From NCBI GenBank assembly GCA_964188305.1, contig OZ076893.1: a DNA stretch of 64,000 nucleotides; one strand, written 5' to 3'. The notes under the pieces are model-generated. The model had not been told where the DNA came from, searched no databases, and saw only the letters and a list, made by a program, of their open reading frames with translations. Shown here piece by piece: positions 49,583 to 63,655 of this stretch; the first letter of the stretch is position 1, and the number at the start of each line of letters is the position of its first letter. Source of the stretch: Podarcis bocagei. Taxonomy: Eukaryota. The position numbers and the translations under genes were made by a program.

Positions 49583-52500
49583 TAAACCATTAACTATGGT
49601 TTACTGTGACATGAGATTGACAACATAGATTGCATGGCCTCATTTGTATATAATACTAAACCGTAGTTGGCTGTTGATTATACAGGAAAGCCTTTCTTAT
49701 GCATTTCTTTATTCGCTTTATGGCTTTCCTTTCTTTTTGCTTTGGAGCCTCTGTCTAAGCCAGCTCTTTTTATGCTTTATGTTAGCTTGCAGCCTGCCTG
49801 CATAACGGTATGGGTGCTCATGCTATTAAATTCAGCGGCATCTGCTTTCTGTAAACACTCATTACACTGAATCTGTGTTTTCAACAATGTGGTAATACTC
49901 AGCAGCGATGTAATAAAGCTCCAACGTTCTCCGAAATAAAACTGCCACAGAGTTAAATATTATTGTTTATTAAACATTCCAGGAGATCGCGTATTAGGAG
50001 TAACTGATTTTTTTATTTTTTTTATTTTTTGCTTTCAGTGTTTACCAAATGATCTTTATAGAAGCCACCCAAACGCTAATGATTAAAATGCAAACAGAAA
50101 TGCTGAACATGAGTGCATGTTAAGGTTAGTGGCTTCCGGCATATGCCTATAAATAATGTAAGAGCTATTCTCTTTTACTTTGATTGACTATTACTCAGTG
50201 TAGTTTACACTTTTACATTTGACCGGAAGAAGTACAATGGCTACCTAGATGATTCTGAGATCACAAACAGGCTTCAGAATTCTATTAATTGGCCTTAGTA
50301 AGAGGGTGAAGCTTAGCATGACAAGAAATGGTTTTCAAGCTGAAACCCGTTAAAAACCTTTTAAGTATACAGTGTGTTTTGGAGGTTGATGAAAGGCGAT
50401 AGATTGCTCCATAGCTCAACAGCACACATGGCAGCTGGTACATGCATCCATACTAAAAAGGTAAAGAAATCATGAACAACATTGGGAAAGGAACTATGAG
50501 CATGTGTGAAATGTAATTCACAAACTGATTGGTGCACCAGGTAGGCTGATAATTTATTATCAGCATGTATTTGCTGTGGTTCAGGACCGAAGCCTTCCAT
50601 GTTAAAACATGAAACACAGATAAAATCAAATTAATTAAGACGGTAAGCGGCAGTGTGAAAGGTCCAGCACAAGCAAATGCAGTAATGCAACTCAAAGCTA
50701 TTTAAAACTGAGACCGTATCGGTATAAAGAATAAAATATTGGACACTGCATTTTAACTAAAAGGCAGAGGGGAACAAAATGATTTCCTGGAGCTGTTCAA
50801 AGGCTGCTAAGGACAAGGTCAAAGATATATCCCTCAAGGGAGAGTCCCACATATATGGGGCCATATGTATGGTTGCAGAATACATAGCATTTCCATAACA
50901 ACAATTCATGTATTGAAAGACAGGCTTTGGCACGGTACACTTTTGGAGGGTGCTAAACACTAAAAATATTATTTTTACAGCCTTTCCCAGAAGGGTGAGT
51001 TGACTAGTGGGGAAGTATCTGACTTCTTTTTTGAGAACTTTTTGGAAATTAGTTTTTACTTCTTATATTCTTTTATTCTTTTACTGCTGTATATCACCCA
51101 AGGCTTGTTCTTGGCTGCAGCTCGCAGTTAGTGATGAGAGAGCTTAACTGCAGGGTCTGGTTCAGACAACATGCTAAGCCAAACTTTGGCTTAGATCAGT
51201 GGGGTATGGCAGTAAGAAGGACCAGGGGGGAGACAGTGGCTATGAATTCCTCTCTATCTACACATTCAATTGCAGTCCTTGGTCAGCTATAGTTTGGGCT
51301 TCCTATAATGTGTGAACAAGACCACAAAGAAGAGATTTGCCCCTGTGTTTCTCAACATATTGCTCCATGCTGAAGCCACTTATATCTGTCAAGGCTGAAT
51401 TGCCGGCATAATCTGTTAAAAAACAAGAAAATCACATCCATTCACTAGGGATAATTCAGAGTTAGCAGCTGATTTATCAAGGGGGCGGAGAAAGCCTATA
51501 CAGAACTGTGGCCGACCACACATGTTCAGTTTCTGTCTCTCGACATGATATTTCAATAAACATATTGAGAGCATTTATCTGAGATGTATACCGGATCACA
51601 CATACAAATAAACAGTTGGTGTTTATTTGAATGTGCAATCACTGAAGTAAACACAGCTGTATTTGGAGTACGTGATGTTTAAATGTGCTGCTTCTAATCC
51701 AATTGGCTAGCAAGGGTTCAAATGCACTTATGCTTGATAAGGATCACCTTAGGGCAACAATGCCTACTGAAAAATCAAAATATATGCACAATTTGAGTAG
51801 GAAAATATTGGGTTTGCCAGTGAAAAGCCACCGTTGCCTGTGCTTTCATGGCCGCGGTCAAAATGCATTTATTTCCCTTCTTGCACTAAATTAGAAATTA
51901 ACAAGCTGTTTCACAGTATTTCTTTATTATTTCATGAAATGTATATACCACTTGATTATTAAAAACCCCCTCAAAAAGCAAAAAAAGATAAAACAATAAA
52001 AGCCACCAAAAAAAATCACAAAAACCATACAAAAATTAGAATACTAAAACCGATTAAAATCACCTCAATTTTCTAAGCGTCTTGGTAGACTCTTCTAAAC
52101 AGGAATGTTTTTAGCAGGTACCAAAAATAGTACAGTGAAGGTGTCTGCTTGATCTCAATAGGCAGGGAATTCCAAAGTGCAGGCTGAGATCAGAAATGTT
52201 CAGCGCGTTGGGTTTGCTGTCCCAGGAGAGTCCCTTTGGATAATAACAATAACAATAATAATAATTTAATCTATTTATATACCACCTTTCTCCCAAACTG
52301 GGAAAAGGCAGCAGCTCTGCAAGATCTTTTAAACTTCCCTATCCCTTCAGGTTTGTTGAAGGAGAAACTTTTGTTAAATAGCTGAGCAGATTGCATAATC
52401 ATCTAATGTGTTTCTCTGCTATTCATCCATATCCTGGTTGTTAATTATAACTTAGACAGGGAAGTGTGGAAAATCTGACTCTTGGGCCCTTTCGCACATC

Positions 52501-54362
52501 TCCAAGACATGGACAACAAAAAGTTGAAATTTCAAGGGTGCACTTGAAAGCAATGAAAGCAGTGAAACCCAGACTATATCTACTGTTGCTGTTCAACTCT
52601 CCTGAAATCCCAGATAATAAAGTTTAGAATTTCTATATCCAATGATCATAATGTTTCATGGAGGTATGACCCTCTATTATCTTCAGGGGCAAACAAACAT
52701 CTGCGGTGAAATACTCTTAAAATTAACTACAATAAATTATACTGTATTTCACTACTGCACTTCTCCCCCAATAGGTGTAACTCATAATAAGCGTGAGAGA
52801 GGCTCTCACTCCTGATTTAAATAAATCAAGATTAAATCAAGAGGAATTCATATCAAAAGAATGACACATCTACAATACACTAATGCCAAGTGGACTTAAT
52901 TGGGGTTGTTATGCAGGTAGGGAGGGGGAAAGGATGAAACTGTAATTTATTGTAGGTTTGTTCCTATATTCAAAATTAATAAAAAATATTTTTTAACAAT
53001 GTGCAATTAACTTTGCCGTTCACTATCATGAAGGAAGCCAAAAATCTAATCTATATGGTTCATCTCTGTTCATTGAAATAAACAGAGGATGGTATACATA
53101 CCAGAAAACTTGATTAGCTACTTCCAGTCACCGGCAATTAAAAATTAGACAGAGGATTATTTCTCCCATGCATGGCACTTCTGTTCTTGGATTTACATGT
53201 AATATCTACTTTTGATTACAGCTTCGCTTAATATGGTTAGACAACCATATTCATTGGTGTCCTGTAAAGTTTGGTATATTTATGGTCTTCAGTTTTTATA
53301 GCACTAATGTGTAGCACAAGTGGTTTCGTGATGAATATTCCATATAGATGGCAATGTTTACTTTAGTTCCTCCCCAAGAATTGTATCAATACATCTCTGT
53401 TGGACTTGCTTTATAATTGTAGGAGCACATAAACTGAACAATTCCAGAAATGACCATGGCAATAAAGGAGCAATTTTCAGTTTCCCACATCACCATAAAA
53501 ATAGCAAAATGCTAATGGAAACTACAGTACATGTCTTCCTTTCCACTCCCATAATTCTGCACCCATCTATTAAACTCCACATGGCCTTAGCCCTAACTTT
53601 ACTTTTAATGAGATTGCCTGCATAACTCTCCACATATAAAACTCTCCAAGTATTGAGAACAAAAACTTTCAACGTAAGTGTGCAGCCTCCATTTACCCAG
53701 GATGCACCAGTATTCTGAATCGCACATGAAAAACAAAATGGCCGCTGAGTATTTTCAACATTGGGCTTAGTGCCTGACTCTGAATTCGACTTGTTTGGAA
53801 TTTAGGGAAATCTGCATTTGGCTTTACTGAGACATCGAACTATAAAGCTGAATGCCCTTAATATTGATAGTACCAAGTGTAGTCATTTCTTAGAAGTGTT
53901 GGGTGTGGCTGTATTCCACTGAGCAAAAGAAAAAAAGGCTTGGATGTTACACAAGGGTTTGTGTGTGAAATTACACATCACAAACCATTAATATGTTTAT
54001 CGCGCCAGTAAAACCTTACCAGATTTAATCCCTTCCACCCTTACATTTATTTTCGGTCTTTCTTCCATGCGTGGAACTTAAGGTAGTGTAAATGTGGTTC
54101 TTGGGCAGTCACTCATCTGGGTACTGACCAAATCCAGACCTGCTTTGTTTCAGCAAGGTGGTGAATTCATGCACATTCATACCATAAACTGGAACCAGGG
54201 CAATTCTGTGCATGTCTAATCAGAAGCTAGGGGGTTAATATCAGGTTAGTGGGTACAGGATTTCATCCCACCATGGAGAATCCACCATAAAGAACCGCTT
54301 ACAGAAAAAGAAGCTGAAGTGAGTCCTACTGTAAAGGGTAAGGGAGCACTTGTGGATTTCAT

Positions 54363-54611
54363 CAATGTGGTGTAGTGGTTAAGAAAGGTAGACTCGTAAT
54401 CTGGTGAACCGGGTTCGCATCTCCACTCCTCCACATGCAGCTGCTGGGTGACCTTGGGCTAATCACACTTCTCTGAAGTCTCTCAGCCTCACTCACCTCA
54501 CAGAGTGTTTGTTGTGGGGGAGGAAGGGAAAAGGAGATTGTTAGCCGCTTTGAGACTCCTTAGGGTAGTGATAAAGCGGGATATCAAATCCAAAGTCGTC
54601 TTCTTCTTCTT
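54363..54611 (+). mobile_element. tRNA-derived SINE (Squam3-like)
   Basis: Same family; (CTT)n tail. Confidence 0.85.
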
Positions 54612-56449
54612 CACCAACCCCAAAGGCCACCTTGTGCTCAGAGAACTCCATTTTGGTGAGATCCATATGTTCCACTTGAAATAGAATGAAATGAGTTGCC
54701 CGTGCCTCTTAGTTTTTCTTGGGCAGTGGTTTGTTACTGCAATAACAAACACTTAGCATGCTGGCTATTGAAAAAGATTCAAGCCAAAACTGAGAGGCTT
54801 TGCCTGTGAGTGACATGGCCATTTGGATGAACAATGAACAAGTTCCACTTGCACATCTAGCTTGACATCACCGCTAAACAGAATACTGCTTGCTGTTATT
54901 TCTGTTTAGCTCTTCATCTGAGTCTTGTTAAAATAATAATAATAATAACCTCTCTCTATTTTTTTTTAACTTGGCTCCATTTTCCTGGACTCTCCTGCGG
55001 TCCATTTCAGTGCTACAATAAATCCAAGTTAGATAGTGGACATTAATAAACCTATATTATTCTGCCAAGTAAAAGCCTTGGCCAGAGGAACAGCTTTGTA
55101 ATCATGCTAAGACATTACAGTGTAATCAGAAGTCCATAAAACAGCGCAGCGGAGAAAGATAACAGGGCTGCCAATTTATTTATTTATTTTCTGAAAAGGA
55201 AAGGGGAGATCTGCATTCTCTGAAATCACATTCAAGGACATTAAAACACTGATATGTGAAGTTCAGACTTTTATTTGTGGAATGACGGTGAGCCGTGTAG
55301 CTTTGCAGAGAAGAAATATTAGCTTTTTATTGCACTGAGTCTCTGGATGACGCATGAGGATGCAGGCTATCGTTCATCACAGCACCCACAAAAGCAATAC
55401 GGTACTGAATCAGAGACCATCCTAATTCTGGAGGAGGGAATGAAGAGCCTTCAGAAGGAGCTCTAACTAGGTCACAGACTTTATATCATGTCATGAAGTC
55501 TGAGGAAAGAGCAACACCATAGCTTGAGTGGAGCTTGGTCCTGCCATGATCGAAAGGTAGTCAGGAAACATGTGTGATGCATCTTACATTGATGGGATGC
55601 CTGGGTTCAAGGCAGAGGCAAGATCAGGTCCAAGACCGGCGGCAAGAACACAAGCCCAATACACTGCTAGTGGCATCTGATCTGACATATGGGCTCTGCT
55701 CTCCATGTTTTTCTTTAAAATCTTCCCCAATGAGAATAACTTGTTAAGGGCAGGTTTAGGTTAGGGCATATAAAGATTTATCTGTAGGAAAGCAGCAGGC
55801 AGCCCTCTATAAGGATGAGACAGGGAGGTCAACGACAAGCTATTTCCTGCCCCCAAAAGAGATGCAAATAATTCTTCTCCAGGCTGACAAACTGCTGACC
55901 AGCCCCCTCAGTATTACCCACCCTCAGAAGCCTTGCTTGACGTTTCTGGCAACGAGTTTTGTCCTTTCACTGTAAACTTTCCTCACATGTTGTCCGCGAT
56001 GATTTTCTTCTAAAACTCGAGCTGTTAACATTAGTGCAAGACGTATGCAGGGGGATTTTTTTACTTTGTTTCCTTTGGAACAAACCACCCATTTTGTTAA
56101 GCATGAAAAGGAAATTCGTAAGTGCTTCTGTTTCAGTTGAAGTGAGCTATCATCGTTCCATGAATTCCCAGCTGAAGGAAGGAAAGGTGGAGTGTACTAT
56201 ATGAGGTGTAGGACACGTGAAATATTTGCACATCATGAACTAGGGTTGTTGTCAGTGGAGGGTGGAATCTTGAGAATATTCATTTCCCTAGCTTGGAGGC
56301 AAAGCTTCAATGCAGCATACCTTTGGGTCTGATTTGTTTAACATACATAAAGGCATCTCACTGTAAGCAATTATTTCATGAGTCAAGGGCTGTAAAAATT
56401 ATTGCTACTATTATGCTGACATCATGATGAGCAGCAAACCCTGCATGAT

Positions 56450-56872
56450 TAATAATAATAATAATAATAATAGTAATAATAATTTATTACTTATGCCCCA
56501 CCCATCTGGCTGGGTATCCCTAGCCACTCTAGGCGGCTCCCAACAGAATATTAAAAACACAATAAAATATCAGACATTAAAAACTTCCCTTCAGATGTCT
56601 TCTAAAAGTCAGATAGTTGTTTATTTCCTTGACATCTGAAGGGGAGGGCGTTCCACAGGCTGGGCATCACTACCAAGAAAGCCCTCTGCCTGGTTCCATG
56701 TAGCCTCACTTCCCACAGTGAGGGAACGGCCAGAAGACCCTCGGCGCTGGACCTCAGTGTCTGGGCAGAACGATGGGGGTGGAGATGCTCCTTCAGGTAT
56801 ACTGGGCTGAGGCCATTTAGGGTGTTAAAGGTCAGTACCAACACTTTGAATTGTGCTTGGAAACGTACTGGA
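56450..56872 (-). mobile_element. L2-type LINE 3' fragment
   Basis: Peptide PVRFQAQFKVLVLTFNTLNGLSPVYLKEHL...RAFLVVMPSLWNALP; (TTA)n tail. Confidence 0.85.
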
Positions 56873-56977
56873 TCTGAAACTGACATTTCCTACCATATCC
56901 CTCTTGTGATGGGGAAAAAATATATGGGAATTTGCTTTAATCAACATGCAGAATTGGGCAGATTCTTAATGTGTGGA

Positions 56978-57358
56978 TTCTTCTTCTTCTTCTTCTTCTT
57001 CTTCTTCTTCTTCTTCTTCTTCTTCTTCTTCCTCCTCCTCCTCCTCCTCCTCTTCGATCACTCGTAGCCGAGTAAGATTGTCTTCCATAAACACGGTGTG
57101 GATTTGCCAAGTGTGCCTTCCTCCTAGCATATTTCTCCCTTGCGTCCTGAGTTTGAGTGTCTTCAAAGCCCATGACACCTTTGGTAAAGGTTGTTCTCCA
57201 ACTGGAGCACTCGCAGGCCAGTGATTCCCAGTTGTCAGCGTTTATACTACATTTTTTTAGATTTGCCTTGAGATAGTCTTTAAACCTCTTTTGCTGACCA
57301 CCAGCATTACGCTTTCCATTTTTAAGTTTGGAATAGAGTAGTTGCTTTGGAAGACTAT
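56978..57358 (-). mobile_element. RTE-clade LINE 3' fragment with (GAG)n(GAA)n tail
   Basis: Peptide SLPKQLLYSKLKNGKRNAGGQQKRFKDYLKANLKKC..NWESLA...SW is typical of an RTE ORF C-terminus. Confidence 0.8.
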
Positions 57359-59318
57359 GCACATGCAATGAATAATCAGAAACACCCAAAACATACAAAG
57401 TTAATAAGCCCACCACAAATATACTATACACTGATTGCACGTCTGACATAGCATCTAATGACAGCTGTCTGTCTAATTCAACTGCAGCTCCACAATGCTG
57501 CTCCAACAGCGATCACATCAGAAGCACCCCATGACAACAACCATGCAATCGCATGGTAGCAGCCCAAAGCTCAGCCCCATCTCTGCCCCCAAGTTGGGGA
57601 ACGAATCCCATTTTCTACAGCAGCAGTGCATTGTAATTTGAGTGCTGGGAAAATGCTGAAGCCCTCCCCCCCCCAAACATGAAACTTTTAAAGAGGTTGA
57701 TTATTTTAACCCTTATTCTTGTGCAAGAGCTTTCAGAGAAATAACTAATGAAGCTCGGAATCAAAGTCATCAACAGCAAATGTCAAGTATGGATAAATGC
57801 AGGGATACGTTTGATTGGACAAAGGCGGAGAAACTTGGCTCAGACTGTACCGGGGACCAGCAGAACCAGCACAAAAGCCCAACATAATAAACCATTCTTT
57901 GTAATGCCTTTTGCTAATCCTCACCTTTTAGCACTTGTGTTGGAGGACAAGAAAGGCGAGAAAGATTTAATATAAACTGGCTTTTCTGACTACAAAATGT
58001 TAATATGATTGGCATTTCATATCATTTCCCTTCTATTTAAACTCGGTTCTATTCTTAGGAGCACTGTAAAGCTTTTATTGAGAAAAAAGAGTGAAATGCA
58101 TATTTGTGTGTGTATATATATGCACACACACATACACAGTACATAATTGGCTCCAGTTGAGTTGGCAGTGGGGCAATACTCTAGACAGCATAATCCTGAA
58201 CTGGCAAAGGATGAACAGAATGACCTCATCAGAGCATTCCACCTCTGGCTTTCTATGAAATGAGTAGCTGCTTTCTTCCTTTCTTTTTTATTCAACCAAT
58301 AGAAGGGCGGACAGGATTAAATTCAAATTACAGGCAAATAAATCTTACATAACTTTTTGTAAGGGAGGAGAGACCTAATGGTACAAATCTATTTTTACAA
58401 CGTAGAACAAGCTTCCAAACTTAGTTAGCTGATCATTAATCAAGTGTCCTATTAAACTCTGGGATAAATTTCAATACAAATTGGATTTTGAAATGCATGA
58501 GCTTTTTGTTCCTGGAAGGATCTTGTGTTTAACTGGAATTCGGAAGAGGAAAAAGAAGCTGATTGGCTGAATTCATGCCTTGGCAGTGAGTAAGCAAATG
58601 TGCTCACTAATTGTAAGTAACAGAACATATACATGTAAACACTAATCTCCAAGGAAGACTTCAGGTTTTGCAGGCAAAAGTGTTGATTAATATCTGGGCT
58701 GGATCAGATATGAAAAAAGGTTCTCTATCTGATAGATGTTTTGCACGTTTCTACTTAATTCATTTCCAGATGTTTTCCTAATCTCATGTTCCTCTAAATA
58801 GTACATGCACCAAATACATTTTTGCAGCTAATGCAAGTCAGGAGCATTTGTGAGCTTGCAAATCTGGGCTATGAATTAGAAAGTCACTAATTTAAAGCCT
58901 GCCTCTTCCATGAACTCACAGGGTGGCCTTCACCAAACCACTCTTTTGGCCTCGGCCCCATATGCAATATGTGGGATAAGAATAGCAGAGGTTGCTAACC
59001 CATAGGTTGTATCATGCCCCCAACATTTCTGTGTGATCACCAAGACCTTTCTTGTTGCCTTTTTAAAAATAAACAATGCCCTTCTTGCCCCTCTTCCAAA
59101 CCACCCTTGGCTGAAGGTTTGTATGCAATGTGTTTACATCTCTTTGTATGTGGCTGAGGGGGACAACCCTTGAAAGGTTGGCCAACCATCAATGCAGCTC
59201 TAGGTTAGCTGCTTTTGCCATCCAGGTGTGTTGTTGGGATTACAGCTAGATAATGCAGGTGAAAAACCTTGAGCACCTGAAAGCGCTTTCCATATGATAT
59301 AATGATGACGATTCTTAT

Positions 59319-59587
59319 GCCAGTGTGGTGTAGTGGTTCAGAGCAGTAGACTCATAATCTGGTGAACCGGGTTCACTTCCCCGCTCCTCCACATGCAGCT
59401 GCTGGGTGACCTTGGCCTAGTCACACTTCTCTGAAGTCTCTCAGCCTCACTCACCTCACAGAGTGTTTGTTGTGGGGGAGGAAGGGGAATGAGATTGTTA
59501 GCCGCTTTGAGACTCCCGAGGGTAGTGATGAAGCTGGATATCAAATCCAAACTCCTCCTCCTCCTCCTCCTCTTCTTCTTCTTCCTC
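59319..59587 (+). mobile_element. tRNA-derived SINE (Squam3-like)
   Basis: Same family; (CCT)n(CTT)n tail. Confidence 0.85.
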
Positions 59588-59962
59588 CTATCATCCTATC
59601 ATCATCATGCATCTCAGAGTCATATCTTTCCATGAATAAATTGCAGAGAGAAAGAATGAGAGTAGCCTGTGTCTATTATCATCAAGTTGTTTATCAGAAT
59701 GGGAAACTGCCAGCTATTTGCAGGATCTGACTGTGGCTCAGGGTCTGCCTTGAAGCCGACTGTGGTTAGAGGAAGAGGCTGGTGTATAATCATTTGGACA
59801 GGCAAAAGTTGCAAACATGAAGCAGTAATTTGGAAGGGAAGAGGAAGATGGCAGCAAGACGGAGGAGTTCAAGCGAAGAGCAAACTACTTGCTAACCAGT
59901 GTGGGTGAAGTTTCAGCTGCTGTGCTTGGCTGTGTTTGGCTGGCATCAGTCCTAAGGACCTG

Positions 59963-60453
59963 TGTGGCATTCGTATGGAGCCCCCAATCGTCTCACGGAC
60001 TACTGACCTGTACACCACTAATCCGCTGCCACCAACCAGGTCCTCCCCAATAAATCACTTAGTCTCAGTCAGGTTCTCAAGTTAACAAAGAAGAGTCTAG
60101 TTTATTTCAGACACAAGCAAACTTTAACTGCATTCCAAATGTTGTTACTCTTTACCTTCTTAGTCTTATTTTATCCTGTCCCTATCTCTTCTACCTCCCC
60201 TCACACAAGAACACACTGCACTAACTGACTCTCTATTTCCTACTGCCTGCCAACTGCTTTTCCAACTGCCTTTCCCAACCAACCAACCAACCCACTAAAA
60301 CCAACCAACTAACCACCACCAACTAACTCAAACCTCGGGCTAAGCCCTTTTATATACAGGTAGGCTCCGCCTCTGGCTTTCCTATTGGTTTACATATTAA
60401 CCCTTTCTCTCCCCCTGTACAGACATTTTTCAAACGAACGGGCAAATGTCACA
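59963..60453 (-). mobile_element. Solo LTR
   Basis: TGTGGCATT...AATGTCACA ends; 5-bp flanks ACCTG / ACCGG. On the minus strand, CCAAT, GC box, TATATAAAA and AATAAA occur in LTR order. Confidence 0.75.
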
Positions 60454-63169
60454 ACCGGACTTGCTGTTCTTGGCATAGCACCACCACCTGAACTTCAGGC
60501 TCCACCTAACTTCTTCTGCTGAATCTCGAGCTCCAACCACTGACCCTGAGCTGGAGAACTCATCCTCCAAGTGTAGTTTTGGGTCAGGGCCAGCCCCAGG
60601 TTTCAGATGGAGGTCTGAACAATGTGTCCATTAGGATTCACTATGCCTTCCTGGTGCCCTCCCCTATAAGCCTTCCAGGTGATGGCGGCCAGAAGCGAAG
60701 GTGGGCACCTTCCCCTTTTATTTTATTTTAAAAACCAAGGCTGAAGGAGTAAAAATGCTCTGAAGCAAAGCACTGAGTGAGAATGCAGCCGCCTCCCATC
60801 TTCATCCCGCAGAACACCTCTGTTTCTGTAACCCTAATTTAAAAGAAATTGTAAGTCGCTTTGAGCTGCCTTGGACAAGATAAAGTGGCTAACAGATTTA
60901 ATAAATAATAAATATAATAAAGGGAATGGGATGCTTCTGACATGCATTTGCCTCACCATGCCAAGCGCTGAGGATGAGTCTGATTCCTGGAAGTATGGTA
61001 TATTTAAAGTTCTTGTTTTTACCTTGCCCTGCTTGTTTTGCACAAGATGGTGCATGCTGCCTAGGGCAACAAACTCTGAGATGTTAGAACCCCGGAGAAT
61101 GATGAAGCACAGGAGCAGCTAGGATATCATCTTTCTAAGGTGACTCTGATCATGCCACTTCTATGTTAGTAGCACGAGCCCAGCTGAAGCATGAACATAA
61201 TTTGCAGCCTGCGTGGCAAAATGCCTGAAATCTACCAAGAAATATCCCAGAGGAGCTCCCCAAATAGTAGCCAGTATTTAAAGTTCTTTGCTTTTCTTTC
61301 AGATCTTTTGCATAGTGTGTAGTTTTTACATTGTATTTGGGGATATATTAGTAGATTTGCTTGTCACTCAAACAAATGGGAAATAAATGTTTTTCCTTCA
61401 GAATCCTTACTTTTTTCCAGTAAATTTAAACCAACCCGGAATTTTTCTTTCTACACCCTTTCTTGACGAATGAAGGTTCTCTCGGGGTTCCTAGCGCTTA
61501 ATAGCTTCTTTCAACTATTGACTGTTCCTTCCTAATGAAAAGCCATTTTTAAAAACAAAACAAAACAAAAAGTATTTGTTACATTAAAGGGTTCTGATGA
61601 AATGATGAAAGCTCAGTTACAGCATGTCCTTAAATACACAAATTATGTTACACGGCGGAGGACAAACAGTATATTTGTTCAGGGTATGCAATAATCCCTT
61701 GTAAGTTGTTTGCTACCTTAGAACTGCACACACATAGAGAAAGAATGAAATAAAAACACACATGACTTCTTAGTCAGCTTGAAACTTCAGCTTATGCAAA
61801 ATGCAGCTGCCGTAATTAGTGCAAGAGCTAGACAATTTGGTCCTATGACCATACCGATTTTGCATCTGTTTCATGTGTTACCCTGTCTCAGGTTAGAATG
61901 CCAGTGCTAACCTGTAAAACTGAGACAGTCTTGCAGACCAGGTTATCCAATGTGTTGCTTAGATCTGTAGGAACCTGCCCAGGCGCTAGGATCAGCCTCA
62001 GAGGAGCTCTCTAGTCTGCTGCTAAGTTCATTCAGGTTGGCAAGTACCAATGATAGGGTCTTTTCAGTGGTGGCTCCATACTTTTGAAATCCCCTCCCCT
62101 GAGAATTCTACTTCTGCATGCAAAACAGATGCTGTGCCACTGAGCTATGGCCCTTCCCAAATGATCAAGACAGTAAGGAGAGGAGAGGAGGGCGATGCCT
62201 GCTGCCACAGCCCCAGAAGCCCTTCCCTTTCCCCATCCACACACTGAGGGATAAGCTCAGCAAAGAAGAAGGATCTTTGAAGAATCTTTGTGAGGCTTAC
62301 GGCACTTTCTTTGAAGAGGCTTCCTCAGGATGAACTGGAGTACTCTAGAAATGCAAGAAAGTTCTGCCAGCTCAGCACCTGAGCTATAGTTATTCTAACC
62401 TTTCAGATTATTTTTTCAAGTTGGATTTACACCAGTGAAAAACTGCTTTGCCTGTGGTATCAAGAGACTTCAGCTTAGACCTGTGTTCTCTGAAAAGACT
62501 ACAGCTGTTCGGGGAAAGACCAAATCTCGATTCCAAAAATGTTCTGCTTATGCACATGTCTGGAACTGATTTTAGCTGACCTTGAGACTCTGCATCCATT
62601 CAGGTAACCTATCCAAAAAGAACTTGGAAAAGGATTTTTGGTACTCATCTTTAGGACACCTGCGTTGTCCCTCCCTGAGTGCATACCTCATTAATCTCCA
62701 AAGCAGATACGAATATATTCCATTGGCAGTAGATGTGGCTACTGTCCGGCCCTGGTTTAGCTCAGCTGAGACGGATTGCAGCTGGAACCCCCTTTGTCTG
62801 AGGGCGGAAGAGAACGAGAAGAGCAGCAGACTTGGTCACAGATGGGCTGGATGTCAAGGCCTGAAATCAGGCAGGTGAGAGTCAAAGGACCAGAGACAAT
62901 AGCAGAGCAAGAGCCAGGAAGAAGAGCTCTTTTCAAGCGTTACAAAGGTGGAGATGGAGCCATGTAAGGGGGGAGCTGTGAGGACCAGCATAATATTCCA
63001 CACCCCACCCTGTCCCCATTTTTGTCACCTTCCATCTTGTGAAGGACTGTGTGAAGCAGGGAGCCTCCTGCATCTTTGGAGGCTGCCCACACATTTTTCC
63101 AGTTCCAAAAAGTGTGGGCAGCCTTCACATAAATGTATGGTGCAAATGCACCCAGTGTCTGCTGCTGCA

Positions 63170-63224
<55 letters not shown>

Positions 63225-63655
63225 GTATACCCCACCCATCTAGCTCACCCAGCCACGCTCTGCGGCTCCCAACGAAAGATTAAAAATACAATAAAACATC
63301 AGACATTAAAAACTTCCCTAAACAAGGCTGCTTTCAGATGTCTTCTAAAAGTCAGATAGTTGTTTATTTCTGTGACATCTGATGGGAGGGCGTTCCACAG
63401 GGCAGGTGCCACTACCAAGAAAGCCCTCTGCCTATAACCTCACTTCTTGCAGGGAGGTAACCACCAGAAGGCCCTCGGAGCTGGACCTCAGTGTCTGGGC
63501 TGAACAATGGTGGAGACGCTCCTTCAGGTGTACTGGGCCGAGGCCATTTAGGGCTTTAAAGGTCAGCACCAACACTTTGAATTGTGCTCAGAAATGTACT
63601 GGGAGCCAATGTAGGTCTTTCAAGGCCAGTGTTATGTGGTCTCGGTGGCCACTGA
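63170..63655 (-). mobile_element. L2-type LINE 3' fragment
   Basis: Closely similar to 56450-56872; microsatellite tail at 63171-63222. Confidence 0.85.
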
